Shown: positions 28,256 to 39,300 of the stretch, in pieces
Layout of the letters: every line of letters starts with the position of its first letter
How positions within the stretch are numbered: position 1 is the first letter of the stretch
Source of the DNA: Bacilli bacterium
GTDB lineage: Bacteria > Bacillota_I > Bacilli_A > ML615J-28 > CAG-698
Assembly: GCA_050953065.1 (NCBI GenBank)
Contig: JBMNLZ010000001.1
Coordinates: 160,001 to 224,000, forward strand
Length of the DNA stretch: 64,000 nt
Reading direction: 5' to 3'
The notes under the pieces: model-generated
Told to the model about the DNA's origin: nothing
What the model saw: the letters and a program-made list of their open reading frames with translations, nothing else
Database searches by the model: none
Position numbers and translations under genes: made by a program

Positions 28256-28830
28256 TATATTATCCCCGCAAATCTAACAAATATCATAGCCATAATACCG
28301 GCAGTAATTAAAGAAATAGGTACGCCTTTAAAACCTTCGGGAACTGGTGCAGCAGTAATTCTTTGTCTTACTGCTGAGAAAAGGAATAAAATTAATAGAA
28401 AACCAACTGATGTAGAAAAAGAATATACAAAAGCTTTCAATAACGTATATTCTTCAGAAGCAACAATTGTAGCTACCCCTAAAACAACACAGTTCGTAGT
28501 TATTAATGGTAAGTATATACCTAAAGAATTATAAAGAGATGGCGAAATTTTTTTAATAAAAATTTCCATAATTTGAACTAATCCAGCTATTACTAATATA
28601 AATACTATTGTCTTCATATAAACCATTTCGAAAGGAACTAGTATGAATGTATATAAAAGCCAAGCGACAACAGCTGAAATAGTAACCACAACAACAACCG
28701 CCAAACCCATTCCAACAGCAGATTTTTTACTGTTTGAAACCCCTAAAAATGGACATATTCCTAAAAAACTATATAGAATAACATTCTCAATTAATATAGC
28801 AGTTACTGCTAAAACAATTAATTCTTTCAT
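28255..28830 (-). CDS. rnfA: Rnf subunit A
   Basis: FLGICPFLGVS, LGIYLPLITTNCVVLG. Confidence 0.95.
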   Translation of the reverse strand: MKELIVLAVTAILIENVILYSFLGICPFLGVSNSKKSAVGMGLAVVVVVTISAVVAWLLYTFILVPFEMVYMKTIVFILVIAGLVQIMEIFIKKISPSLYNSLGIYLPLITTNCVVLGVATIVASEEYTLLKAFVYSFSTSVGFLLILFLFSAVRQRITAAPVPEGFKGVPISLITAGIMAMIFVRFAGII

Positions 28831-29465
28831 ATTTGCTCACCCATTTTTTTCTTTCTATTGATTCTAATAGTAGTGATTGTCCCAAGTAATAAACCAAAAA
28901 CAATAAATGCCCCGCTTGGTTTTAAAAACAAATCAGAGAAAATCGGTAATACACCTTCTTTAATAAAAATCTTATTAATATCAATTACAAGATTTCCCCA
29001 AATAGTAATTGTTCCATTTCCAATAATCTCTCTTATCATTGATAAAATCATCAAGGCTAAAGTATAACCTAATCCCATTCCTAATCCATCCAAAAATGAA
29101 TTAAAAACAGAATTTTTTGAAGCATAACCTTCAGCTCTACCTAAAATGATACAGTTAACAACTATTAGTGGAATAAAAATTCCTAAACTTGCATGTAATT
29201 CAAACAAATATGCACACATTAGTACATCTACAATTGTTACTAATGTTGCAACTATAACTATATACATAGGAATTCTAATTTCATTAGGAATAATTTTTTT
29301 AAGTGCAGAGATTATAACATTAGAAAAAACAAGTACAAACGTTAACGCCAACCCCATACCAAGAGCATTTTCAATGCTAGTAGACAACGCTAAAACTGAA
29401 CACATGCCAAGTAAGCCAACAAAAACAGGATTCTCTACCCAAAGACCTTTAGTAAATTCTTTCAT
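28827..29465 (-). CDS. rnfE: Rnf subunit E
   Basis: ENPVFVGLLGMC, IPLIVVNCIILGRAE. Confidence 0.95.
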   Translation of the reverse strand: MKEFTKGLWVENPVFVGLLGMCSVLALSTSIENALGMGLALTFVLVFSNVIISALKKIIPNEIRIPMYIVIVATLVTIVDVLMCAYLFELHASLGIFIPLIVVNCIILGRAEGYASKNSVFNSFLDGLGMGLGYTLALMILSMIREIIGNGTITIWGNLVIDINKIFIKEGVLPIFSDLFLKPSGAFIVFGLLLGTITTIRINRKKKMGEQI

Positions 29466-30010
29466 TCAGCACCTCCTAGTATTTCTTTATATTGCACATA
29501 ATGAGTTGCAACAATATTGACTGCTTTTTTTATCGCTGTTGAGCTTATTGTAGCACCAGTTAAATTTACAAAAGCAAAACTATCAATTGATGCATCCACC
29601 AAATTATAATCACTATTAGAAACTTTCTCTAATTGTTCTTTAGCTTCTACTATTCTAAATTGACTAATCTTATCTGTTTCATAATCGATTGTCATTAAAA
29701 TTGATATTAATCCGTTTTGATAACCTTTTGTACTAATATAATATACAATAGCTTTTGTTGAAGCTCCATCAGAATATCGATAAACATGCTTAAATTGTGA
29801 TTTTTCAGGAACATCATCTAAAATATTTTCGCATTCTAAATCTTTAAATTGAGGTAATTCTTCATCTAAAACATTCATCATTTTATTAAACAAATTTTGC
29901 TCAATAGGTTTGGCTGTTAATTCATTAAAAAATGCCAATAAAAGTCCTGATATTAAACCTAACACTAACAAAGACAAAGAATAATGAAGCCATTGAGGTA
30001 TTTTTTTCAT
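29462..30010 (-). CDS. rnfG: Rnf subunit G
   Basis: N-terminal anchor, KGY, FMN-attachment TGATISS. Confidence 0.88.
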   Translation of the reverse strand: MKKIPQWLHYSLSLLVLGLISGLLLAFFNELTAKPIEQNLFNKMMNVLDEELPQFKDLECENILDDVPEKSQFKHVYRYSDGASTKAIVYYISTKGYQNGLISILMTIDYETDKISQFRIVEAKEQLEKVSNSDYNLVDASIDSFAFVNLTGATISSTAIKKAVNIVATHYVQYKEILGGAE

Positions 30011-30012
30011 TA

Positions 30013-31242
30013 TTATTGCCCTCCTAAAGTATAATTAATAAACGTAGTAAAAATCTCTTGTTCTTTAAAACCGCTGTTCATCTTCATAACTACGTAAAGA
30101 GAAATTCCAATAAAGAATAATACTATAATAGAGTAAGCAATTAATCTTTTTTTAACTAGAGGCTGAACTCTAATATTAGCACATATTTCATCTAATAAAA
30201 TTACTAAAAGATTCATTAATAAAATTGAAGTTGCAACGCCTTCAGGATAATTGCTTAAGAATCTAAACAATATTGTTAATATACCTAAAGAAATAGAAAA
30301 TAATACTTTACCATTTGGAGTTTTTGGACCGGTAACTGGTTCAGTCGCCATAAATACAGCTCCAAACATTAATCCGCCAGTAATAATATTAAAAATTGGA
30401 TATCTTATATCAAAACCATAACCTGTTGCCATACCAATAAAATAACTTAAAACAAAAACTGTTCCTACATAAATTACAGGAATTTTCCAATCAATTACTT
30501 TTCTTAAAGATAAATATACTCCCCCTAAAATACATAATAACGTAGAAGTTTCACCTAACACACCAGGTTTAAAACCCAAAAACATCTTAAACAAAGAGCC
30601 ATACGGAGAAATAATATCATCCATTGAAGCATATAAATTAGCTTTAAAATGAGTTAAAGGTGTAGCACCAGCAATAAGTTCGCTACTAAGTCGGGAACTA
30701 GTTAATATATTCAATTCTAAAGCATTTGGAAATCCACCCGCTTTAAGAATAACTCCATAATAAGCAGATAAAACAAAAACATAACCAACTAATGCAGGGT
30801 TAAATATATTATGTCCAAACCCACCAAACAATATTTTTACAACAATAGTTGCTATAAAACAACCTATAATTAAAATCCAAATTGGTGCGGCTAATGGCAT
30901 TAGTAAACCAAGCAAAATACCTGGAATTGCTGCTACATGCAATTGACTTAAAACATTTTTAATATTTTCTTTTTTTATATAAGCATAATATACAAACTCA
31001 ATTCCTGCACAAACAACAGCACCAGTGATTACTAAAACCAAAGGGTATATCATTTGCCAAAAATTAACTGGAACAACTACTTCATCTGAAAAATACGGCA
31101 TAAGTCCATTTTTATACCATGCAAATATGATTATTGGAATAAGCGCTATTATAAAATCCCACATCATAGTTGAAGTGTTTTCAAAATGATCTGCTTTTCT
31201 AATAAAAGGTTCTTTTCCTAATATAAATTTTCTTGAATTCAT
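30013..31242 (-). CDS. rnfD: Rnf subunit D
   Basis: FGGFGHNIFNPA, GATPL, GET, FMATEPVT. Confidence 0.94.
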   Translation of the reverse strand: MNSRKFILGKEPFIRKADHFENTSTMMWDFIIALIPIIIFAWYKNGLMPYFSDEVVVPVNFWQMIYPLVLVITGAVVCAGIEFVYYAYIKKENIKNVLSQLHVAAIPGILLGLLMPLAAPIWILIIGCFIATIVVKILFGGFGHNIFNPALVGYVFVLSAYYGVILKAGGFPNALELNILTSSRLSSELIAGATPLTHFKANLYASMDDIISPYGSLFKMFLGFKPGVLGETSTLLCILGGVYLSLRKVIDWKIPVIYVGTVFVLSYFIGMATGYGFDIRYPIFNIITGGLMFGAVFMATEPVTGPKTPNGKVLFSISLGILTILFRFLSNYPEGVATSILLMNLLVILLDEICANIRVQPLVKKRLIAYSIIVLFFIGISLYVVMKMNSGFKEQEIFTTFINYTLGGQ

Positions 31243-31248
31243 TATATT

Positions 31249-32541
31249 TTACCTCTTTGCCAAATATTCTTTTGCTTTTACAACATTAACAGTTAAATCA
31301 ACTCTTGAGGGACAAATGTATGAACACAAACCACATGCAACACATTTATTAACAGCTAGTTTTTCTAATTGTTCTTTATTTTTCATTTTAAAAGCCGTAT
31401 TGATAAAAACTGGTGTTAAGTTAACCGGACAAACAGTCGCACACTTTCCGCACCCCATACATTCAGGATTGTTCTCTCTATCAGAAACTTCAAAAATTAC
31501 AATACTAGTCAATGCTCTATTAACAACCATTTCATCAGAAACTAAACTCTTTCCAGTAAATGGTCCACCAGCTACAAAATATAATTTTTCATAATCAATA
31601 TAACCACCATTTTTACGAACTATATCTGAGATTAACGTTCCAACTTTTACATGTACATTTCTTGGATTAACTATACCGTTTCCTGTTAATGATAATGTTC
31701 TACTTATTAACGGCATATTATTTTCAACCGCATCCTTCACAGCTAAAACAGTAGAAACATTGTTTACGATGACACCAACTTCGCTTGGTAAAAAATTGTA
31801 ATTCTTTTTTATTATTTTTTTAACTAAATATTTTTCCCAACCAGCCGGATATATATCTTTTACTAAAAATAATTTGATATTCCCCATTGGGTCAAGTTTT
31901 TTATTAATAATATCAATTAGTTCTTTTTTATTTTTCTTAATAGCTATATAAGCAGTCTTTGCAAGCGCAGCTTTTAATAGATATTGACAACCGATAATTA
32001 TCTTATCAAAATTATCTCTAACTTGAACATAATCATCAGTTAAATAAGGTTCACACTCAACAGCATTTATTATTAATGTGTCAATTTTATTTTTTGAACT
32101 GTACTTAGCATAAGTAGGGAACCCACTGCCACCTAATCCAACAATTCCGCAGGCCCTAATTCTTTCAATAATTTCTTCTGATGATAACCTGCTAGCATCA
32201 ATTGGCTTTATAGTACCAATCTTTTCTTCTAAAAAGTTATTTTTAATTTGGATACAAGGTATCATTTTTCCTGAAGAATGCCATTTTTTTATGTCTACTG
32301 AAATCACTTCTCCACTAACAGAAGCATGACTAGAAATTGGAAATCTTCCTTCTTTTCTTGCAATCTCTTGTCCTAATTTAACCTTATCACCTGGTTTAAC
32401 TAAAGGTACAAACGTACCACCTTGTTCAAAAAGTGGAATATAAACATATTCTGGATCTAAAAATTCTAAAACATTATTTTGCAAAGATATTTCTTTATTG
32501 TTTTTGTGTTCTTTAATATGTATTCCTTTAAAATTGTTCAT
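31249..32541 (-). CDS. rnfC: Rnf subunit C
   Basis: GIVGLGGSGFPT, NAVECEPYLT, two CxxCxxCxxxCP. Confidence 0.95.
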   Translation of the reverse strand: MNNFKGIHIKEHKNNKEISLQNNVLEFLDPEYVYIPLFEQGGTFVPLVKPGDKVKLGQEIARKEGRFPISSHASVSGEVISVDIKKWHSSGKMIPCIQIKNNFLEEKIGTIKPIDASRLSSEEIIERIRACGIVGLGGSGFPTYAKYSSKNKIDTLIINAVECEPYLTDDYVQVRDNFDKIIIGCQYLLKAALAKTAYIAIKKNKKELIDIINKKLDPMGNIKLFLVKDIYPAGWEKYLVKKIIKKNYNFLPSEVGVIVNNVSTVLAVKDAVENNMPLISRTLSLTGNGIVNPRNVHVKVGTLISDIVRKNGGYIDYEKLYFVAGGPFTGKSLVSDEMVVNRALTSIVIFEVSDRENNPECMGCGKCATVCPVNLTPVFINTAFKMKNKEQLEKLAVNKCVACGLCSYICPSRVDLTVNVVKAKEYLAKR

Positions 32542-32544
32542 TTT

Positions 32545-33282
32545 TTAACTCCTTGAAGAATTATTATTTATTTTTTTAAAAACATTAGCTGTTTTTATAT
32601 TATAACCTAAATATTTTGCGTAGTAAGAATTTATAAAATTATCACATTCATCTAAATTATTTATTTCAATCTCATCAGTTATATTGTGCAATTTCGTTAA
32701 ATATAACTTTTTAAACTCAATAAAAATATTATTTTTTAAAAATTTTTCAAAACTACAACATCTATTACATTTCATCCCACCGCTTTCAAAATCAAAACCA
32801 ATTAAATTAGTTTTATCTCCACAATTTACACATGAAGTAAACTCAGGTGCTACACCTAATAAATATAACATCTTGATTTTGAAAATCAATTTATATAAAT
32901 CTGGACGATCAGAACTTTTTATTTTATCTAATATATCACTTAAGAAATTATAAAAAATTTTATAGTCCGTTATATGCTCAGCAAAAATATTTACTATTTC
33001 AAAAATTTCTAAAGTTGATTCTATTTTATACGGTTCTGTTTTTATAGTTGAATAGTTATCTATTAATTTTGTAGACTTTAAAATTCCAAAAGAATTATTG
33101 CGGGTTTGTAAATCAAATTCAATTTTAGTTATTTCGTGCAATAAGTAAAAGTTTTTGCTTTTAACTTTTAAACAACCCCGCCCTAAAGACGCAACAACTC
33201 CTTCTTCTGTAAGAAGTTGTACAATCTTTGAATCTTCTTTATATTTTTGAGTTTTAATTATTATAGCTTCAGTTAATCCCAT
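32545..33282 (-). CDS. recO: DNA repair protein RecO
   Basis: Follows era; CVNCG...CNRC zinc motif. Confidence 0.9.
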   Translation of the reverse strand: MGLTEAIIIKTQKYKEDSKIVQLLTEEGVVASLGRGCLKVKSKNFYLLHEITKIEFDLQTRNNSFGILKSTKLIDNYSTIKTEPYKIESTLEIFEIVNIFAEHITDYKIFYNFLSDILDKIKSSDRPDLYKLIFKIKMLYLLGVAPEFTSCVNCGDKTNLIGFDFESGGMKCNRCCSFEKFLKNNIFIEFKKLYLTKLHNITDEIEINNLDECDNFINSYYAKYLGYNIKTANVFKKINNNSSRS

Positions 33283-34184
33283 TATTCCTTCTCAATCAAA
33301 TATCCCATTTTTTTAAGATTTTGTTTTTTGTTTCGCCAATTTTCTTCAACCTTTACCCAAATATCTAAATAAACTTTTCTTCCCATAATTAAAACAATAT
33401 CTTTTCTTGCTAAAGTTCCAATTTTTTTTATCATATTTCCTTGATGACCTATGATAATTTTCTTTTGGCTAGCTTTTTCAACATATATGATAACATTTAT
33501 TTCAACCAAATCATTGGTTTCAGACTCTTTAATATTTTCAACTATGATTGCAATTGAATGCGGAATCTCTTGATTAGTAAGAAATAAAGCTTTTTCTCTA
33601 ATTATTTCAGCAATAATAAATTCTATAGTCCTATCAGTTGTTATACCATCAGGATAAAACTGAGGACCTTCTTCTAAGTTTTCAAATATAGAATCCACTA
33701 AAATATCTATATTTTTACTTTTCAAGGCACTAATATAATACGCATCTTTAATATTAAGCCTTTTTTGATATTCTAAAATATTTTTAAATAACTTCTCATT
33801 ATCTTTAATAAGATCTATTTTATTAATAACTAATATAATCGCAACTTTATTTTTTTCTAATTCTTTGATAATTTTTTCATCATTTTCAGAAAAATCTTTA
33901 GTCGCATCAACCATATACAAAATTAAATCTACGTCTTTTAGAGTACTAAAAGCATACTTATTCATTAAACTTCCTAACTCATTTTTAGATGGATGAATAC
34001 CAGGAGTATCAATAAAAATTATCTGCCCACGCTTTTCAGATAAGATGCCACGAATGGCGTTTCTAGTCGTTTGAGGTTTTGGGCTTACTATTGAAACCTT
34101 GCTTTTTAAAACATTATTAATAAACGTAGATTTCCCGACATTAGGGGCACCTATTATTGCAGCAAAACCTGATTTATAAGTCAT
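33282..34184 (-). CDS. era: GTPase Era
   Basis: GAPNVGKST, PQTTR, DTPG, NKID, KH domain. Confidence 0.97.
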   Translation of the reverse strand: MTYKSGFAAIIGAPNVGKSTFINNVLKSKVSIVSPKPQTTRNAIRGILSEKRGQIIFIDTPGIHPSKNELGSLMNKYAFSTLKDVDLILYMVDATKDFSENDEKIIKELEKNKVAIILVINKIDLIKDNEKLFKNILEYQKRLNIKDAYYISALKSKNIDILVDSIFENLEEGPQFYPDGITTDRTIEFIIAEIIREKALFLTNQEIPHSIAIIVENIKESETNDLVEINVIIYVEKASQKKIIIGHQGNMIKKIGTLARKDIVLIMGRKVYLDIWVKVEENWRNKKQNLKKMGYLIEKE

Positions 34185-34606
34185 GTTAAATCCTTACTAT
34201 TAAACTCTAATGGTAAAAGTTCCTTAACCTTTACAATACGATAATTTTTATTTGCATCACACATTATAATTTCAGCATCCTCATTCATCAGTTCAACCAT
34301 TACTTGCCTACATGCACCACAAGGCGAAATAATCTTTGATGAAGATGAAAGAACTAGCATCTTTTCAATCTCTTCTTTCTTTACTCCTTTAGAATATGCA
34401 TTATAAAGAGCTGATCTTTCAGCACAATTTGTTAATCCATAAGAAGCATTTTCAATATTGACACCTTCAAAAAAAAGATTGCCTTTAGTTTTTATAATAG
34501 ATGCTACTTTTAATTTTGAATATGGTGAATATGATTTTTCTAATGCTTTTAAAGCCCGATTAAACATAGTCTCAAAATCAAAATTATCTTTTAAAACCTC
34601 CATCAT
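34181..34606 (-). CDS. cdd: Cytidine deaminase
   Basis: NIENASYGLTNCAER, PCGACRQ. Confidence 0.95.
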   Translation of the reverse strand: MMEVLKDNFDFETMFNRALKALEKSYSPYSKLKVASIIKTKGNLFFEGVNIENASYGLTNCAERSALYNAYSKGVKKEEIEKMLVLSSSSKIISPCGACRQVMVELMNEDAEIIMCDANKNYRIVKVKELLPLEFNSKDLT

Positions 34607-35012
34607 TTAATATCCTTTCCTGAATTGCTAACATTTCTTTTTCTTGTTCACTTGTTTCATGATCAAAACCTAGCAAGTGTAATATTCCATGTACTAATAA
34701 AAAAGCATATTCTCTTTCATTACTGTGGTTATATTTTTGAGCTTGTTCATATATTTTTTCTAAGCAAATAAAAATATCTCCCAAATATTTATCTTCTTCT
34801 GCTTCAAAAGACAATACATCTGTAGCATAGTCCTTCATTCTATATTTGTAATTCATCTCTTTCATTTTTTTTGTATCAATAATAACAACAGTTACATTGC
34901 TTTTTTTTTTAATATTTTTAGCAAAGGCTAAACTGATTTTATTTGATAGTTCTTCAAACTTTATATCTTCCACTATTAATTCTATAGGAACTATTGTTTT
35001 AATTTTAATCAT
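34584..35012 (-). CDS. ybeY: Endoribonuclease YbeY
   Basis: TDVLSF, HGILHLLGFDH; start revised to 35012. Confidence 0.95.
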   Translation of the reverse strand: MIKIKTIVPIELIVEDIKFEELSNKISLAFAKNIKKKSNVTVVIIDTKKMKEMNYKYRMKDYATDVLSFEAEEDKYLGDIFICLEKIYEQAQKYNHSNEREYAFLLVHGILHLLGFDHETSEQEKEMLAIQERILNDGGFKR

Positions 35013-35982
35013 TTGAGTTTTCCTTTGATTCCAGTCGTTCGTATCTTTCAATTATTTTGCTAACTAAATCATGTCGCATCACATCATTTTTATTAAATTC
35101 AATAACATCTATCCCTTTAATATTTTTTAAGATATTAATAGCTTCAATCAAACCAGAATTGCTTTTTCTAGGTAAATCTATTTGAGTAATATCTCCAGTT
35201 ATAATCATTTTTGAATTTTGACCTAGTCTAGTAAGAAACATCTTCATTTGAAGAGTAGTTGCATTTTGTGCTTCATCAAGAATTACAACAGAATCTTCTA
35301 AAGTTCTTCCTCGCATATAAGCCAGTGGAGTTACCTCAATTGTACCTTTAGCAATCATTTTGTTTGTTTCCTCTTTGCCAAAAACTTCATAAAGAGCATC
35401 ATATAAAGGCACTAAAAAAGGATCTATTTTTTCTTTCATATCACCAGGTAAAAAACCTAATTTTTCACCAGCCTCAACAATAGGTCTCACTAAAAATATT
35501 TTTCTTACTTTTTTCATTTTAAATATTTTAGCAGCAAACATAATTGCTAAAAAAGTTTTACCACTACCTGCAGATCCTATAGAAAAAACAATATCATTTT
35601 TATCTAATGATTTTAAATATTTATATTGATTTATAGATCTTGGAATAATGCTTTTTCCAGAATCGGTATTAATAAATACTTCTCGTTCTTCAAAAAAAGA
35701 AATTATTTCATTTTTAGTACCATTATCTAAACTATTAACAATTATTTTTATATCTTTAAGACTTAAATATATTTGCTTACAAGCTAAACTTTCTAAAATA
35801 CTAAAAATTTCTACTAGTTTAGTCTCATCTTCTTTTTCCGGAATAAAAATGTCTTGATGTCTAGCCACAATTTCAACATTTGTAATTGATGATAGAAAAT
35901 TAATATTTCTATTTTCTGGTCCAAGCGCAAAAAGTTCATTATTGCAATTTTTAAAGGTATATATTTTTTTAAATTGCTCCAT
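35005..35982 (-). CDS. PhoH-like ATPase
   Basis: GSAGSGKT, RPIVEAGEKLGFLPGD, YMRGRT, DEAQN; start revised to 35982. Confidence 0.94.
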   Translation of the reverse strand: MEQFKKIYTFKNCNNELFALGPENRNINFLSSITNVEIVARHQDIFIPEKEDETKLVEIFSILESLACKQIYLSLKDIKIIVNSLDNGTKNEIISFFEEREVFINTDSGKSIIPRSINQYKYLKSLDKNDIVFSIGSAGSGKTFLAIMFAAKIFKMKKVRKIFLVRPIVEAGEKLGFLPGDMKEKIDPFLVPLYDALYEVFGKEETNKMIAKGTIEVTPLAYMRGRTLEDSVVILDEAQNATTLQMKMFLTRLGQNSKMIITGDITQIDLPRKSNSGLIEAINILKNIKGIDVIEFNKNDVMRHDLVSKIIERYERLESKENSND

Positions 35983-36083
35983 ATTTTCTCCTTTTTCATG
36001 GATTATTATACCATAAAAAAACAGTTTTGTTAACTGCTTCTTACAAAACAAAAAGCCATATTATGAATATGGCTCCTTAAAAA

Positions 36084-36266
36084 CTAATTAGAGCGATGGC
36101 TATTCTTTTTAGCAGCTCTTTTTTTCATTTTTCTAATGTCACTTGGTTTTAAAAAATGTTCTCTTTTGCGTATTTCGGCAAGGGTACCTGAACGAGAAAC
36201 GTCTCTCTTAAAACGTTTTAAAGCATCTTCGATTGATTCATTTTCACGAACTATAATTTTTGGCAT
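36084..36266 (-). CDS. rpsU: 30S ribosomal protein S21
   Basis: [16 protein letters not shown]...KREHFLKPS. Confidence 0.96.
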   Translation of the reverse strand: MPKIIVRENESIEDALKRFKRDVSRSGTLAEIRKREHFLKPSDIRKMKKRAAKKNSHRSN

Positions 36267-36362
36267 TTTCCAGGACCTCCCTTCCGCATAAAAGAGTTAA
36301 TACATTACATATTATACCTTAAACAATCGTTTTTGTAAAGAGTTTTATAAACTTTTTATTTA

Positions 36363-36947
36363 TCATTTCTTTTTATATAAAGTAAATTTTGAAAATTTAT
36401 TTAATGCCTGTGTCCTATGACTAATTTTGTTTTTAATATCAGAAGTTAATTCACCAAAAGTTTTATCATATCCTTTAGGAATAAATACACTATCATATCC
36501 AAAACCATTTTTTCCTCTTTCCTCATATGCAATATTTCCTCTAAGTTTGCCTGAAAAATAGTGAACTTTACCATTATTATCAATATAACAAAAGCTACAA
36601 TAATAGTATGCTTGCCTATTCTTAAAACCTTTCATTTCAGTCAACAGTTTCTTATTATTATTGGCATCATCACCTTCTACTCCACCATATCTAGAAGAGT
36701 AGACTCCTGGAGCACCTTTCAAAGATTTAACAACCAATCCTGAATCATCTGCTAAAGTAGACATCCCATATAAATCAAAATAATATTTAGCTTTTTTGTA
36801 TGCATTTTGGCGAAAACTTATTCCATCTTCAATAACTAAATTTTTATCAGCAACATCAGTTAGCGATATAAAGTTGTAGTTTTGATTAGATGCTTCTTTA
36901 ATTTCTTTCAATTTATATTTATTATGCGTAGCGATTAAAATTTTCAT
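36363..36947 (-). CDS. rdgB: Non-canonical purine NTP pyrophosphatase
   Basis: ATHNKYK, ADDSGL, GFGYD, KNKISHR. Confidence 0.95.
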   Translation of the reverse strand: MKILIATHNKYKLKEIKEASNQNYNFISLTDVADKNLVIEDGISFRQNAYKKAKYYFDLYGMSTLADDSGLVVKSLKGAPGVYSSRYGGVEGDDANNNKKLLTEMKGFKNRQAYYYCSFCYIDNNGKVHYFSGKLRGNIAYEERGKNGFGYDSVFIPKGYDKTFGELTSDIKNKISHRTQALNKFSKFTLYKKK

Positions 36948-37067
36948 GCAATACTCCTATTATTATACTAAAATATTATAGATTATATTTAAAATAAAGT
37001 CAATTAAAGAAAAAGATTTTGAATTTTTTATCTTTTTGTGTATAATTATATTAAATTGTGAGGTATT

Positions 37068-37808
37068 ATGGAAAAAATAAACTTTAAATCAATTGTTACA
37101 TTTTCTTTATATATTTTTCTATCAACAATCGGAGTTTTTATAGTATTAAACATTATTAATAGTTATTTATCTGAAAGTTTTTTTGATTGTACGGGAAATT
37201 ATTCTAATAATGGATATTTACTAGTTCAAAATCTAATTAATTTCATTATATATTTAATACTTTTTGTACTTCTGTTAATTATATATAGAAAAGAATTAAT
37301 TTTAGATTACAAAAAAATGAAATATGATTCTTCCTTTACTCTAAAAGAAATTGTTAAAGCTTTTATATATTTACTTATCTTTAGTTTTTTAGGTAATTAT
37401 ATAACATTTATTTTCACTGAAACTGAGTCTATAAATCAAGTCTCTATTACTGAAATGACACTTTCAAAATATGCTTTTTTTTCCATTATCTCAACTATCG
37501 TTCTAGCAGTTGTTGTGGAAGAAATAGTTTATAGAAAGGCATTAATATCTTTTTTAAAAAACTTTAACATTCTAAATGATAAGGTAATAATATTAATTTC
37601 AGGCTTCTTTTTCGGAATCATCCACATTATATTTACCGGAGATTTTCTTCACTTCTTTTCTTATTTTTTCCCTGGAATGGTTTTTGCATATTATTATTTA
37701 AAAAAGAACCAAAATATTTGGTTCTCAATTTCACTTCATTTTATGAATAATTTGCTAAGTATCATCGCTATATTTATACTTTCAATATTAGACTACAGTA
37801 ATTTGTAA
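37068..37808 (+). CDS. CPBP (CAAX/Abi) intramembrane protease
   Basis: EEIVYR, FGIIH, HFMNN motifs; multi-TM. Confidence 0.88.
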   Translation: MEKINFKSIVTFSLYIFLSTIGVFIVLNIINSYLSESFFDCTGNYSNNGYLLVQNLINFIIYLILFVLLLIIYRKELILDYKKMKYDSSFTLKEIVKAFIYLLIFSFLGNYITFIFTETESINQVSITEMTLSKYAFFSIISTIVLAVVVEEIVYRKALISFLKNFNILNDKVIILISGFFFGIIHIIFTGDFLHFFSYFFPGMVFAYYYLKKNQNIWFSISLHFMNNLLSIIAIFILSILDYSNL

Positions 37809-39052
37809 ATTTTATTGTCTGCATACGCTAAAGCAATTTCTTTTAAATCTCTTCCTTTATCATCAATAAAATTTTTTGATATTTTATTATCAAGCAAACT
37901 TTTTACCACTAAATAATCATTTCTAATAATTGCAGTGTATAAAAAATTTCTACTATAGTATATTTCATTAACGTCAATTTTATGTTCTAAAATATTAAGT
38001 ATTATTCTTGAATTATTTGAAATAAACGCTATCAATAATGCTGAATGACCATGTTTATCTAAATTAGTAAGCGAGGCTTTTTTCTTTAATAGTAAATCAA
38101 CTATCTTATAGTCATTATTAAGAATGGCATAATATAAACATTTATTACCAAAAGCATCAACACCGTTTACATCAAAATCACTTATTTTTTCTATAAACTC
38201 AAAGTCTTTATCACGAACAGCTTTATGAATTTTATTTTCTTCATAAAATTTATAGTTCAGATTTTCTACATACTCTTCTAAAAAATATTTGTTTTCAAAA
38301 TCTAAATCCTTAATTTCTGAAGGATTAACACCATCAATATCTTTTGAAAAAATATAATTATTATTAGCTAATAAATATTCGACAGTTTCTTTTTTACAAA
38401 ATTTAGCTGCATAATGTAAAGGTGTCTCTTCGTAAATGTTTTTAGTATCAGTAAAAGGAAATTTTTCTACTAAAAATGGAATTAATGAATCATGCCCCTC
38501 CATACATGCATAATGTAAAACATTGTTTTTTCTATAATCAATATCTATAAACGAAGCACCAGCTTCAGTTACTAAATTTATAATATTAATTTTTCCTGAT
38601 CTTACAGCATAATGTATGGGTCTAGCTCCAATCTCATCTGGAATATGAATCTTTGCTCCATTTTTTAATAATAATGTTATAATCTCAAAATAACCTCTAT
38701 AACATGCAATATGTAATGAGGTTCTTTTTTTTATATCTACAGCATCTACTGCTGTTTTTTTAAAAAGAAGTAACTCTACCATATTTATTCTATTAAATTG
38801 TACAGCTATGTGTAAAGGTGTTTCTTGATATTTATTGACAGCGTTAAGATCAACACCATAATTTACAAGCATTTTAAAAATTTCAAAATTACTTTTTCTT
38901 GCGGCTCTATGTAATAAATTTTCATTCCTTGTATTAGTTATATTTATATCATTACCTAAATCAAAGTAATTTTTAATGTATATAGAATCACTATTGTCTA
39001 CTGCATTAAAAATATTAGTTGATTTTTCTAAATTTTTATCCATTTTATTCAC
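37793..39052 (-). CDS. Ankyrin repeat protein (~10 repeats)
   Basis: Repeated TPLH/LLH/PIH...GAD-like units. Confidence 0.92.
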   Translation of the reverse strand: MNKMDKNLEKSTNIFNAVDNSDSIYIKNYFDLGNDINITNTRNENLLHRAARKSNFEIFKMLVNYGVDLNAVNKYQETPLHIAVQFNRINMVELLLFKKTAVDAVDIKKRTSLHIACYRGYFEIITLLLKNGAKIHIPDEIGARPIHYAVRSGKINIINLVTEAGASFIDIDYRKNNVLHYACMEGHDSLIPFLVEKFPFTDTKNIYEETPLHYAAKFCKKETVEYLLANNNYIFSKDIDGVNPSEIKDLDFENKYFLEEYVENLNYKFYEENKIHKAVRDKDFEFIEKISDFDVNGVDAFGNKCLYYAILNNDYKIVDLLLKKKASLTNLDKHGHSALLIAFISNNSRIILNILEHKIDVNEIYYSRNFLYTAIIRNDYLVVKSLLDNKISKNFIDDKGRDLKEIALAYADNKIYKLL

Positions 39053-39300
39053 CTGCTACTGTTAAATCTAATTCGTCTTTGACTTGCTATTTGCATTTTT
39101 TCCCCATTAATAGGATTAAAACATTCAAACGGTTTAGTCTCTATCACTTTAAATGTCCCAAAATTTGAAATAACAACCTTTTCGCCTTTCTCTAAAACCT
39201 CTGCTATTGTAGCAAAAGTTTCATTAATTATTTCTGCTGTCTCTTTTTGAGTTTTGTTAAGATTAAAACTTACTTTTTTTATTAAATCAGTTTTATTCAT
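39049..39300 (-). CDS. HU-family DNA-binding protein, divergent
   Basis: MNKTDLI...GEKVVISNFGTF...NPINGE. Confidence 0.85.
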   Translation of the reverse strand: MNKTDLIKKVSFNLNKTQKETAEIINETFATIAEVLEKGEKVVISNFGTFKVIETKPFECFNPINGEKMQIASQRRIRFNSSR

